DNA of 64,000 bases from Hyphomicrobiales bacterium (GTDB taxonomy: Bacteria > Pseudomonadota > Alphaproteobacteria > Rhizobiales > Im1): the NCBI GenBank assembly GCA_036881905.1, contig JBAJNN010000003.1, forward strand, positions 27,448 to 91,447, in the 5' to 3' direction. The position numbers and the translations under genes are program-made. The notes beneath the pieces are model-generated. The model had not been told where the DNA came from. It searched no databases and saw nothing but the letters and a program-made list of their open reading frames with translations. This document shows positions 51,567 to 60,432 of the stretch, in pieces; the stretch's first letter is position 1; every line of letters begins with the position of its first letter.

Positions 51567-51884
51567 TCACCGCGCGCCAATGGGAAGGTCGCGAAAGGCA
51601 ATGATATAGATGGCGCCTTGCGATCCCGCCGTCGATTTGTGCAATGCGTCGGCCGAAAGGCGCAAAACATCGCCCGGACCACAGCGATGATCGCCCCCTT
51701 CAAGCGAAAACGTCATTTCACCTTCCAGGACGATCAGCGTTTCCGCATTGGCGTGGTGGTGCCAGTCATGGACTTTCCCGGGCGCATCGCGTTGAATCTC
51801 GACGCAACCCTGCTCGGGGAGCATCCCGATGATGCGGTCGATGGAGGAAAAACCGATAGCGGCGTTTTTGACGATCTCGGTCAT
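51567..51884 (-). CDS. Cupin-domain protein
   Basis: ...GKVHDWHHHANAETLIVLEGEMTFSLEGGDHRCGPGDVLRLSADALHKS... matches cupin motifs 1 and 2. The ATG at 51884 overlaps the upstream stop (ATGA). Confidence 0.65.
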   Translation of the reverse strand: MTEIVKNAAIGFSSIDRIIGMLPEQGCVEIQRDAPGKVHDWHHHANAETLIVLEGEMTFSLEGGDHRCGPGDVLRLSADALHKSTAGSQGAIYIIAFRDLPIGAR

Positions 51885-52567
51885 GGTGTCGCCCACTCTC
51901 CATGATGATGATTCGCGCGGTTCGTCTCGAACAGTGTGCGAAACGGACAAGCGGTCCGCTCATTGTCGTCACCGAGGAAATATTGTTGATATTCATAAAC
52001 ACCGGGGGCGCCGTATTTGCCAAGAGAAGGCGACACCGGCACCAAATCATAAGGGGCCAGCCGTTTCCGGACCGTGGAAAATGCCTGCTCGGCCGCCTTG
52101 TCGGTGCCCAGAATCTTATCGAACACCCATCGCGGCTGAAACGTCACCATAAAACAACTGGACCGCCGGCTCTGCCGCAACAGATGCGCGGGCGTGTTGC
52201 AAATGACGAAGACGGGTTCCCCGGCGAAGCTGAACTCCCACAGCGGATCGCAGAGCTCGACGGGGATATGATCCGGCCACGGGCGGTTGTCTTGCCGAAC
52301 AAGCTCACGCAGCAGGGACCAGAATTTCTTGCGATAAACATCGAGAGGCAGGATCGCGTCCGGCTTGGTGAACAAAACCAGGGAGGTATTGGGGCCGAAG
52401 GATCGCGCTTGGCTTAGAAACGCGCCGAGGGAGACCGCCAGCGAGCGAACATCGACACTGTCATGAAAGACATAGCGCAACTGGTCGCCTTTGTAACCCC
52501 GGACCCCGAAAATACACGGGAACGGGCGCTCCACGCTCCCCATCAACGAGGAAAACTCCGAAAACAC
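51881..52567 (-). CDS. YqcI/YcgG-family protein (DcsA-like; putative heme-dependent N-hydroxylase family)
   Basis: ...ERPFPCIFGVRGYKGDQLRYVF..., ...PLWEFSFAGEPVFVICNTPAH..RQSRRSSCFMVTFQPRWVF..., ...VRKRLAPYD... match my memory of PF08892. The start is uncertain: GTG 52567 or ATG 52543. A further 24 family-like codons (..GEGTWQRI) are open upstream but contain no canonical start codon. Confidence 0.6.
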   Translation of the reverse strand: MFSEFSSLMGSVERPFPCIFGVRGYKGDQLRYVFHDSVDVRSLAVSLGAFLSQARSFGPNTSLVLFTKPDAILPLDVYRKKFWSLLRELVRQDNRPWPDHIPVELCDPLWEFSFAGEPVFVICNTPAHLLRQSRRSSCFMVTFQPRWVFDKILGTDKAAEQAFSTVRKRLAPYDLVPVSPSLGKYGAPGVYEYQQYFLGDDNERTACPFRTLFETNRANHHHGEWATP

Positions 52568-52648
52568 AATTCGCTGCCATGTCCCTTCGCCATGGCGACG
52601 TTCGATATCGCAACGGGCCAGAATGCGCGGCTCACTGAATTACCTTCC

Positions 52649-53201
52649 CTAGCGAATTACCATTAAGAACACCGTAGCATTATAAAATCCTTCAAACAAG
52701 CGTCTCGAAAACTGCATGGCGATCATACCGAGCACGGCGCCAAGGTCGGCGGCGGCAATGTCAGGGCCGATTATGAAACCGCGTTGCCCACGGCGTGCCG
52801 CCAGGGTCACGTAAGCCATGAAGAGCGAGAAAACCATGGCAAGCGCTCAGCACCCGGGCCAATAATGATGCGGCAAGAACAGCCACCGTCGTGAAAATCG
52901 CCATATAGGAAAAATAATCGCGTAACAGTAGAGCAAACTGCCGGCGTGAAAACCGAAGGCGCCATGATGCCGCTGGACAACGAGGCGCGCGCCGCTTTCC
53001 CAATCGGATGTGACGGCCATGAAGGGTCATATGAACATGGCCAGCATAAAGCTCGGAGAAATTGACCAACCGATTCTTGGGAAAGCTGTATCCCGGATCG
53101 ACGACAAGAAAGAGCGCCAGAACGGCTGACGTCTGGGAAAGCGTCGAGAAAATGAAAGGAGCCAGCAGAATCAGCCGGAATTGCGCGCCGTTATCGCTCA
53201 T
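52649..53201 (-). pseudogene. Hypothetical membrane protein, apparently split by a frameshift (ORFs 52761..53201 and 52649..52837)
   Basis: Two overlapping minus-strand ORFs each carry TM-like segments (LILLAPFIFSTLSQTSAVLALFLVV; YMAIFTTVAVLAASLLARVL; MVFSLFMAYVTLAA; LGAVLGMIAM). No family was recognised. Confidence 0.25.
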
Positions 53202-53249
53202 GCCAATATCGCCCGTTGGGCCATTCGCCTCACATCACCACCTGAGAAT

Positions 53250-53357
53250 CTAGAGTATAATCCGACCAAAGCGCGAGCGAGGATCGACAAGATTACGCGG
53301 TCGAAATCAAGAGTTAAGGGTGCCGACTCGATTCAATCAAATCGAACGGTGCTCTAG
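53250..53357 (-). repeat. Bipartite palindromic intergenic repeat, copy D (same orientation as C; closest to the reverse complement of A)
   Basis: CTAGAGTATAATCCGACC...GATCGACAAGATTACGC...CGATTCAATCAAATCGAACGGTGCTCTAG aligns almost end to end with the reverse complement of copy A. Confidence 0.8.
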
Positions 53358-53469
53358 GTGGCAGCGTTCGGCCCGTTGTGTCTTCTTGAAGCATGAATGG
53401 CATTGGTCTTGAGCAACTTAACCCGATACGCAGTCACCACTTTGCGATGGGAAAGACAATGACTTACTC

Positions 53470-53826
53470 TCATATCCTCTCATTTTTTGGCGGCAATTGT
53501 AGTCTGACTGGCCCCAACTGGCAACCGTAAATGACAGGCCTGGCTTCACCAGGGCCTTTGACGGAAACAGTCACCGTCGCCGCCGGTTCCGCCTTGCCGG
53601 TAATCGTCGCGGTGGTGTCGGAAATCGTCGCGCCGTCATCTGGCTCTATAACACTGTTATCCTCCGCCAACCCAATATCCCTCGGGGCTGGTCGCTCCTC
53701 TCCTCTCGCGCAAGACGACCCACCGCTATCCAAATCATTGCCGGGCAAATCCGTCTCCCGTGACCCGGTTTGCGCGGTGACGGCGCTGCCGACGACCGTG
53801 CCGGCAAGGAATGGTGATGGTATCAC
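53470..53826 (-). pseudogene. Remnant of a bacterial Ig-like-repeat (large adhesin-type) protein
   Basis: ...DDGATISDTTATITGKAEPAATVTVSVKG... looks like a single Ig-like repeat unit. The ORF is only 118 aa, with no signal sequence or further repeats. Confidence 0.25.
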
Positions 53827-54327
53827 CGGCCCGCCGCTTCGGCATGCGGATCACCGCTATGGAGTTGGCCGCCGCGCGGGACCCCTTACCATCTTCCCTG
53901 AGATGACGATAGTTGCGAAAAGCGCGCCTTGCTCCAGGTGAATTCCGCGAGTCCAGATGTCCGTGCGGTTCATAAGGGAGCTACCCTATGGGCCGTTCAG
54001 GCCCGTTGTTTCTAAATTCCGTAGCCTCTACTCTGAAAATACGCCTCCCATGATGGCGCAACCTTAGGGGGCGTCTCTCGATTCAAGATTTTCCTAATCC
54101 TTGCCAAGCGACGGATTCTGTCTGGGCGTATTAGGTGGAAAACGTCCGTGAGATTTGCTTTTGTTACAACTTTGATGGTCGTTCCCTCCCCAGCCCAAGG
54201 CGGAGACCCCGTCTTGCGAAATGCGATTCGAGGCGACGCCTGGAGAATCCTGACGCCGTAAATAAGTCGTGATACGGGGCGCGCGAAGCTGGTATGGTGG
54301 TCAGGTCTTGAATCTTCTTGCGGGAGA

Positions 54328-55011
54328 ATGATTATGGTTGAAACCAGCTTTTGCGACATGGCCTGGCAGGCCACCGCCGACAATTACGCCAAAATCCTCA
54401 ACCTGCCTTTCATTCGGGAATTGGCTGAAGGTACGCTCGATGCCGCTCGGTTCCGCTTTTATGTGATTCAGGACTGGCTTTATTTGGAAGAATTCGCCCG
54501 CGCATTATCGATTGCGGCGGCCAGAGCACCGGACGCGGAAGCCATGGATGTGTTCGGCAAATCCGCCCAGGGCGCCATCCTGGTCGAGCGCAGCCTTCAT
54601 GGCGGTTTTTTTAAACGGTTTGGCGTGAACCGAAAGGAAATGGCGCAGGCACGGCCGACGCCGACCTGCCATGGCTACAGCAATTTTCTTCTGGCGCTGG
54701 CATGTCGGTCCTCTTATGGCCAACTGATCGCCGGTCTTTTGCCCTGCTTTTGGATTTACCAGGCGGTCGGCGGCCACATTGCCGCGCAGGCTGGGCCCGA
54801 CAACCCTTACGATGCCTGGATCGAAACCTACTCCGATCCCGATTTCGCCGCGTCAACAGATGCAGTCAAAGCCATCGTCGATCGCGTGGCCGCGCTGGAG
54901 AGCAGGGCCGAGCGTGACGTAATGCTGGCCGCCTACAAATATGCGGTGCGGTTTGAATGGATGTTTTGGGACAGCGCCTATCGTTTTGAGGATTGGCCCA
55001 TCACGCTCTGA
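54328..55011 (+). CDS. tenA: TenA-family aminopyrimidine aminohydrolase (thiaminase II)
   Basis: ...PFIRELAEGTLDAARFRFYVIQDWLYLEEFARAL..., ...LPCFWIYQAVG..., ...YAVRFEWMFWDSAY.... The start is 54328, 54334 or 54358. Confidence 0.8.
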   Translation: MIMVETSFCDMAWQATADNYAKILNLPFIRELAEGTLDAARFRFYVIQDWLYLEEFARALSIAAARAPDAEAMDVFGKSAQGAILVERSLHGGFFKRFGVNRKEMAQARPTPTCHGYSNFLLALACRSSYGQLIAGLLPCFWIYQAVGGHIAAQAGPDNPYDAWIETYSDPDFAASTDAVKAIVDRVAALESRAERDVMLAAYKYAVRFEWMFWDSAYRFEDWPITL

Positions 55012-55058
55012 AAGCGCTAAAGTCGGCGGTTGAGGGCAATTCAACAAAAGCAAGCCGC

Positions 55059-55595
55059 CTAGCATGGCGTCACGGAGGACGGGGCTACGGATGGCGGGGT
55101 TGAGTGTGACGACGTCTCGCGGCAGCTTCTGCATCGGCCATAAATTTCCACAACGCGGTGTCTTGTTCGAAAGCCGCGATTCCCGGTTGCGCGTCGAAGC
55201 GAGGTCAGAACGTCCGGCGCCGGGAACTCGGTGACGCTGCTGCACTCATCGCAAATCATGAACATCGTATCCCGGCCGTGGCAATGGTCTTGTTTGCACG
55301 CCACAAAGGCTTTCTTGCCTTCCAACCTGTGGATCAGCTCATGTTCGCGGAGAAAATCAAGGATGCGGTAAATGACGATCGGCGCCGGGCGGCGACCATT
55401 GAGGGCGCCCATATGCTCGATAATGTCATAGGCCCCGACCGCCTTTTGACCCGATGCGATGATACTCAATATTTCACGGCGCAATTGGGTCAGACGAACG
55501 CCCGACCGGACGCATTTTCGCTCCGCCCGCCGCAAAATCTCCCTCAAAGCGTCGGTTTGATCGCTCCGCGATGTGACCGATTCGGGTTGGTTCAT
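55059..55595 (-). CDS. Fur-family metalloregulator (Zur-like)
   Basis: ...RLTQLRREILSIIASGQKAVGAYDIIEHM....IVIYRILDFLREHELIHRLEGKKAFVACKQDHCHG..MFMICDECSSVTEF...CRSC gives a winged helix plus CxxC metal sites. Confidence 0.7.
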   Translation of the reverse strand: MNQPESVTSRSDQTDALREILRRAERKCVRSGVRLTQLRREILSIIASGQKAVGAYDIIEHMGALNGRRPAPIVIYRILDFLREHELIHRLEGKKAFVACKQDHCHGRDTMFMICDECSSVTEFPAPDVLTSLRRATGNRGFRTRHRVVEIYGRCRSCRETSSHSTPPSVAPSSVTPC

Positions 55596-55776
55596 GATCT
55601 TACGAGACTCCCGACAAGCAGCCTTTTCATCGAAATCTGTCGCTTAGTCTGCCATATTGGTAGGGAAAATACAAGGAACCTGAAGATCGTAAACGAAGTC
55701 CGCGCGGCGGTCGGGTCCGGTGCGTGTTCCAGCAATATTGGCCCAAGAACTGAAGACCTAGCGCAACCGAGAGTTA

Positions 55777-56508
55777 CTACGGCCATGACGAGACCATTCG
55801 GCGGGCGGAGTGCAAATCGGCTGGTGTATCGACCTCACACCAGTCATGCCCGTCGATGGCGCAGCTTGCCACTTCGGTGCTTTCGGCGATCGTGGCAACC
55901 GCGGAAGGGAACCACAGGCTTAGTCCCGAACCGTCGCGCATGGTGCGTTCAAGAACATCGCGATAAAGCCCCGCCCCGTCTTCGCCGAATCGGTAGAGAC
56001 CGATCGCTTCAGCATCGACGCTGTCTGATGGCAGGGTCTTGCCGATCCGCACGATACACCCCCCTTTGAGCATGACTTTCATATCGTCATTGTCATAGTG
56101 TTCTTTGTGGTTTATCGCCACACGGATAGGGGCCGACGGGCAGGACAGAAAATGTCTGACCAGCTCCGCGCGAAATATCGTATCGCCATTCACCTGGATA
56201 AAACCGGTTTTCATCTCATGACGCGCCATCCAGCAACTGGCCAAATTATCCACCACCCTATAGAACGGGTTGAAGATGGTTCGAATTTCGACCGACAAGT
56301 CACGCGCGAGCCTGCCCAGCATCTCCTCCACCAGTTCGGTGCCATAACCGGTTATGACGACGAATTCTTCAATGCCGCATGCCGCGAAGGCGTCGATCTG
56401 CCGGGCGATCAGCGCGCGCGCGCCTATTTTCAGCAGTGCCTTGGGAAGAGCGTTAGTCAATGGCAAAAGCCGCTTGCCTTGGCCCGCGGCGAGGATCAAA
56501 ACCTTCAT
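55777..56508 (-). CDS. Nucleotidyltransferase (NTP-transferase family; sugar-phosphate or phospho-alcohol cytidylyl/uridylyl-transferase-like)
   Basis: MKVLILAAGQGKRLLPLTNALPKALLKIGARALI... is the canonical GxGxRL...PK signature. Confidence 0.7.
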   Translation of the reverse strand: MKVLILAAGQGKRLLPLTNALPKALLKIGARALIARQIDAFAACGIEEFVVITGYGTELVEEMLGRLARDLSVEIRTIFNPFYRVVDNLASCWMARHEMKTGFIQVNGDTIFRAELVRHFLSCPSAPIRVAINHKEHYDNDDMKVMLKGGCIVRIGKTLPSDSVDAEAIGLYRFGEDGAGLYRDVLERTMRDGSGLSLWFPSAVATIAESTEVASCAIDGHDWCEVDTPADLHSARRMVSSWP

Positions 56509-56614
56509 GACGCTACCTTATCTCTCGATCGACGGACCGCCCCCGGCCAGTTTTCGATTGCATCGTAACCTCACCGAAGTCAAGCCCCCAAAACCGGTAT
56601 CGGATCTTTTGCCA

Positions 56615-57532
56615 ATGTTCACTCTGGCCCATCTCTCCGATCTTCATCTCGCCCCGATTCCCCGGCCATCTTTGCGGGAACTGGCGACGAAACGATTTTT
56701 CGGCCACCTGTCCTGGCGCGGGCGACGCCGTCATATCCATTGTCGCCACGTTGTCGATCTGATGGCCGAGGATATTCGCCGTCACACCCCGGACCATGTC
56801 GCCCTGACCGGAGACCTCGTCAATCTCGCGCTCCGGCGGGAATTTGACAATGCCGCGCAATGGCTGAAGAGATTCGGGCCGCCCGAGTGGATCAGTGTGG
56901 TGCCCGGCAATCACGATGCCTATGTCTCCGCCCCGTATGATGAGGGTGTCGGTTTGTGGGCGGATTACATGCGCGGCGACCTTGCGTTGGAGAGTTTACC
57001 CGAACAAGGCCGTTTTCCCTTCGTGCGGGTGCGACGCAATATAGCGCTAATCGGCCTGTCGACCGCGGCGCCGACAGCGCCGTTCATCGCATCGGGCCGG
57101 CTTGGATCGGTTCAAACGGACGCTCTGGGCAAAATTCTGTCCATCCTGCGCGAGCGCGGTTTTTTTAGGATTATCCTTATCCATCATCCCCCGGCGCCTG
57201 GCATGAATCCAAAACGCAGAGGACTGGTTGACGCTAAACGCCTTGCTGCTATCGTGGAACAAGACGGTGTGGAACTCATAGTTCATGGTCACACTCATCG
57301 TGGCTCGGTAAAACAGCTACGGTCCCGGTATGGTCGCGTGCATGTGGTTGGTGTACCGTCGGCTTCAGCGGTTGCCCATGGAGGGCGGCCGGGCGCCGCC
57401 TGGAATCGGTATATAATTCGCCGCGGCAAGGGGTTATGGCGATGTACCATGAGCACACGGACTTACGACGAGACCAATGATCGTTTCGTGGCGGGGGAGA
57501 GTGTGGAGTTCGATCTGTCTACGAGGCAATAA
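56615..57532 (+). CDS. Calcineurin-like metallophosphoesterase
   Basis: The motif series is LSDLHL, TGDLVN, VPGNHD, LIHHPP and HGHTH. The ATG at 56615 is chosen inside ORF 56354..57532. Confidence 0.75.
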   Translation: MFTLAHLSDLHLAPIPRPSLRELATKRFFGHLSWRGRRRHIHCRHVVDLMAEDIRRHTPDHVALTGDLVNLALRREFDNAAQWLKRFGPPEWISVVPGNHDAYVSAPYDEGVGLWADYMRGDLALESLPEQGRFPFVRVRRNIALIGLSTAAPTAPFIASGRLGSVQTDALGKILSILRERGFFRIILIHHPPAPGMNPKRRGLVDAKRLAAIVEQDGVELIVHGHTHRGSVKQLRSRYGRVHVVGVPSASAVAHGGRPGAAWNRYIIRRGKGLWRCTMSTRTYDETNDRFVAGESVEFDLSTRQ

Positions 57533-57599
57533 GGTACCGGTGGATTTATGTTTGATCACATAGGCTCATGTCTTTTTCAACAAAGCTCAAGGTGAATCC

Positions 57600-58052
57600 A
57601 TGACCAACCGGACAATGTTGAAATTCGGCTATCCGGAGAGTTTGATTGCTGATTACCAGCATTGGCGCGTCTTGCTGCGCCCCCAACAGGTCACATTCGG
57701 CGCTCTGGTGCTGATTTGCAAGGGCGAAGCCCGCGCCCTGCCGGGAATCCCGCGTGACGCCTTTACCGAACTGGCCGAGGTCACGGCCGATATCGAGACC
57801 ACGCTCTCAGCCTTGTGTCCTTATGACAAGATCAATTATCTCATGCTGATGATGGTCGATTGCGATGTGCATTTTCATGTCTTGCCGCGCTATGCGCGCG
57901 CGCGGGAATTCGACGGCGTCACCTATCGCGATCGCGGCTGGCCCGGACCGCCGGAACTGGGCGAAGCGATCACGCTTGCCCCCCTTAAGCGCGATCGCTT
58001 GCTCGCGGCTCTCGCCGCATTATGGCCCGGCGGCAAGGCGCTAACAGGCTGA
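57600..58052 (+). CDS. HIT-superfamily-like protein
   Basis: ...INYLMLMMVDCDVHFHVLPRYAR... is a HIT-like HxHxx motif in a 150-aa protein. Confidence 0.45.
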   Translation: MTNRTMLKFGYPESLIADYQHWRVLLRPQQVTFGALVLICKGEARALPGIPRDAFTELAEVTADIETTLSALCPYDKINYLMLMMVDCDVHFHVLPRYARAREFDGVTYRDRGWPGPPELGEAITLAPLKRDRLLAALAALWPGGKALTG

Positions 58053-58058
58053 TCCGCG

Positions 58059-59219
58059 ATGCCGGTTATGAGTATAATGTCACGCTATATCATCCGCCAG
58101 GTGAGAGGTCCGCTCCTTGCCGCCGGGCTCATCGGCCTTATGGTGCTTTTGGCGGAACGCATGGTGAGATTGCTCGATATAACGCTTGGCAAGAGCAATT
58201 CTCTGGCGATCGTCCTCAAGATGCTGGCTTATCTGATCCCGCATTATCTGGGGCTTGCCATTCCGGGTGCGTTGTTTATCGGCTTGCTGTTCGGCTTCAG
58301 CCGACTGTCGAGGAATGGCGAAATCGACGCTTTCCTTGCCGCCGGAATAGGGCTGCACCGGCTGACCCGACCGGTCTTTGCCCTGGCCTGCGCTTTGATG
58401 CTTGTGGCTTTCGTCGTTTTTGGCTGGATTCAACCCTATGCGCGCTACGCCTATCGCGCCTTGCTCTATACAGTAAAGAATATCGATGTGTTTTATCTTG
58501 CCGAAGAAGGCGTGTTCATGAAAGTGGGCAAGCGGACCTTCATTCTCGATACGCTCAAGAAAAACGCCAATGTGTTTGAGCATATTTTTCTGTTTGAGGA
58601 CAATGGAGAAAGGGGAAGCGAAACCATTACCGCCGAACGTGGAGCGCTGATTGAAACGCCGGATGGACAACGCCCCCTGTTGCGCCTTGAAAATGGCCGT
58701 CGGCTGAAAATCCGGCCGGCATCGCCCGAGCAAAAGCCACTTGCCCCGGTGACCGGCCGTTTCAAGACCGCCGAGGTGCCCATCGGCAGAGAACGGTTCG
58801 CTCTGTTTCGCGATCGCGGCAAGAATCAACGTGAATTGACATTGCCTGAACTTGTGAACCGGCTTGACGACCCGCCGGCGAAGACCACGCGCAATGAAAT
58901 GCGCGCGGAATTGCACAAACGCCTCGTCAATATCCTGTCTCTGCCGATTTTGCCGTTCCTCTCCATTCCCTTTGCCCTCGCGCGTCGACGTGCCACCAGT
59001 GCCTATCGTTTCGGCGCGGCCATTGTCATTCTGGTCGGCTACTATGAGATTGTGGAGCAGGCCACATTGCTCGTGCAAACCGGACGGGCCTCGCCCTATG
59101 TCGCCTTATGGACGCCATTCGCCCTGCTTGGCGTATTTTCCGCCTGGCGCTACTGTCAGGCTAGTCGTATTATTCCAACCCGCCGGTTGGGGCGCGTTGC
59201 CGGTCGGTCAGGGACATAA
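58059..59219 (+). CDS. lptF: LPS export ABC transporter permease LptF
   Basis: ...MSRYIIRQVRGPLLAAGLIGLMVLLAERMVRLLD... is a YjgP/YjgQ-family N-terminus and the gene is paired with lptG. The start could be 58068 or 58077. Confidence 0.8.
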   Translation: MPVMSIMSRYIIRQVRGPLLAAGLIGLMVLLAERMVRLLDITLGKSNSLAIVLKMLAYLIPHYLGLAIPGALFIGLLFGFSRLSRNGEIDAFLAAGIGLHRLTRPVFALACALMLVAFVVFGWIQPYARYAYRALLYTVKNIDVFYLAEEGVFMKVGKRTFILDTLKKNANVFEHIFLFEDNGERGSETITAERGALIETPDGQRPLLRLENGRRLKIRPASPEQKPLAPVTGRFKTAEVPIGRERFALFRDRGKNQRELTLPELVNRLDDPPAKTTRNEMRAELHKRLVNILSLPILPFLSIPFALARRRATSAYRFGAAIVILVGYYEIVEQATLLVQTGRASPYVALWTPFALLGVFSAWRYCQASRIIPTRRLGRVAGRSGT

Positions 59220-59257
59220 ATCTTGCCTCGCCACGTCGCCAAAAACCTGTTAAACTA

Positions 59258-60337
59258 ATGATGAAAACCCTCTCAGTGATGCTGACGCGTCTGTTTATCG
59301 TGCGCTTTGTCGCGATCTTGCTCGGCGTCTCGGTGTTCGTCGTCACCCTTGACGCCATCGCCCGGTCGGGCGAGATTCTCGTGCTTAAGGCAAACGCCGT
59401 CAGCGCGGTTATCGCTTACGCGCTGCTGCGCCTTCCCGAAATCATGTCGAGTTTCATCGCCATTTCCACGATGCTGGCCATGCTGCTCATGTTGAGCGAA
59501 CTGGGCGCTCATAGCGAGTTGATCATGATTTGGGGGGTGGGCCTGTCGCCATTTAAGGTGATCGTCATGCTCGCGCCCGTCGCGCTCTTGGTCGGTGGCC
59601 TGCATTTTCTGCTCGAGGACCGCGTCATTCCCTATACGGCGCGGATATTGCATGAATGGGGTATCGGGGACTATAGCCGCAAGAAACTCAATATCGGCGA
59701 GGGAGATCAGATATGGCTGCGCCAGGGCACGGACATTCTACATGCGCGCAAAAGCAATCCCGAGACGACCAAACTCGAAAATGTCATTATTTTCAAACGC
59801 AACCATGACGGCACATTGTCGCAACAAATCATGGCCAGGCAGGCAGAGCTTACAAATGGCCACTGGATGCTGTTTGACGTCACAATCTATTATCAGGATA
59901 ACCGGGAGCCGGACCGGATCACCACTCTGCGCTATGACGGCGAATTTTTGCGTCCCGCGGCGGTCGGGGCGCGCTCGGGCGAGCCTGAAGAAATGTCGAT
60001 CGCGGATCTTGGTGGGTTCATTGAGAATCTGGGCTTCGGGATTCGTCCCGTCAGGATTTACCAGAGCTGGTGGCACAACCGCCTGACCTTGCCGTTCATC
60101 TGCCTGTTGATGGTCGCGCTTGCCGTTCCGCTTGCAGCGAAATTCCGGCGCTGCGGGGGGCTTGGCGTCATGTTCGCTCTTGGCGTCGCTCTCGGTTTCG
60201 GTTTCTTCATCCTTGACGGGCTGTGCATGACGCTCGGCGAAGTCGGGTTTCTGGCGCCATGGATCGCCGCCTGGGCGCCGATCTTTATCTTTGCGGCAAG
60301 TGCGGCCATAATGACATTTCGCGTTGAGAGATTATAG
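59258..60337 (+). CDS. lptG: LPS export ABC transporter permease LptG
   Basis: It has YjgP/YjgQ-family topology (3 TM, a periplasmic beta-jellyroll region, 3 TM) and lies directly after lptF. Confidence 0.8.
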   Translation: MMKTLSVMLTRLFIVRFVAILLGVSVFVVTLDAIARSGEILVLKANAVSAVIAYALLRLPEIMSSFIAISTMLAMLLMLSELGAHSELIMIWGVGLSPFKVIVMLAPVALLVGGLHFLLEDRVIPYTARILHEWGIGDYSRKKLNIGEGDQIWLRQGTDILHARKSNPETTKLENVIIFKRNHDGTLSQQIMARQAELTNGHWMLFDVTIYYQDNREPDRITTLRYDGEFLRPAAVGARSGEPEEMSIADLGGFIENLGFGIRPVRIYQSWWHNRLTLPFICLLMVALAVPLAAKFRRCGGLGVMFALGVALGFGFFILDGLCMTLGEVGFLAPWIAAWAPIFIFAASAAIMTFRVERL

Positions 60338-60432
60338 CCTTACGGGATGCTTTCCGGGGTCTTTCGTCGCTCGCTCGTTTTCGCGCCCATATTCGGGTTG
60401 CCTATGGGGAGTTAAGGTAAAAAAACGACGCC

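Noticed and set aside
54012-54327. Possible TPP (THI-box) riboswitch upstream of tenA.
   Set aside because: I looked on the plus strand for the conserved CUGAGA and CCUGAUCUGGAUAAUGCCAGCG-like core and found nothing convincing. Only a covariance-model scan could settle this.
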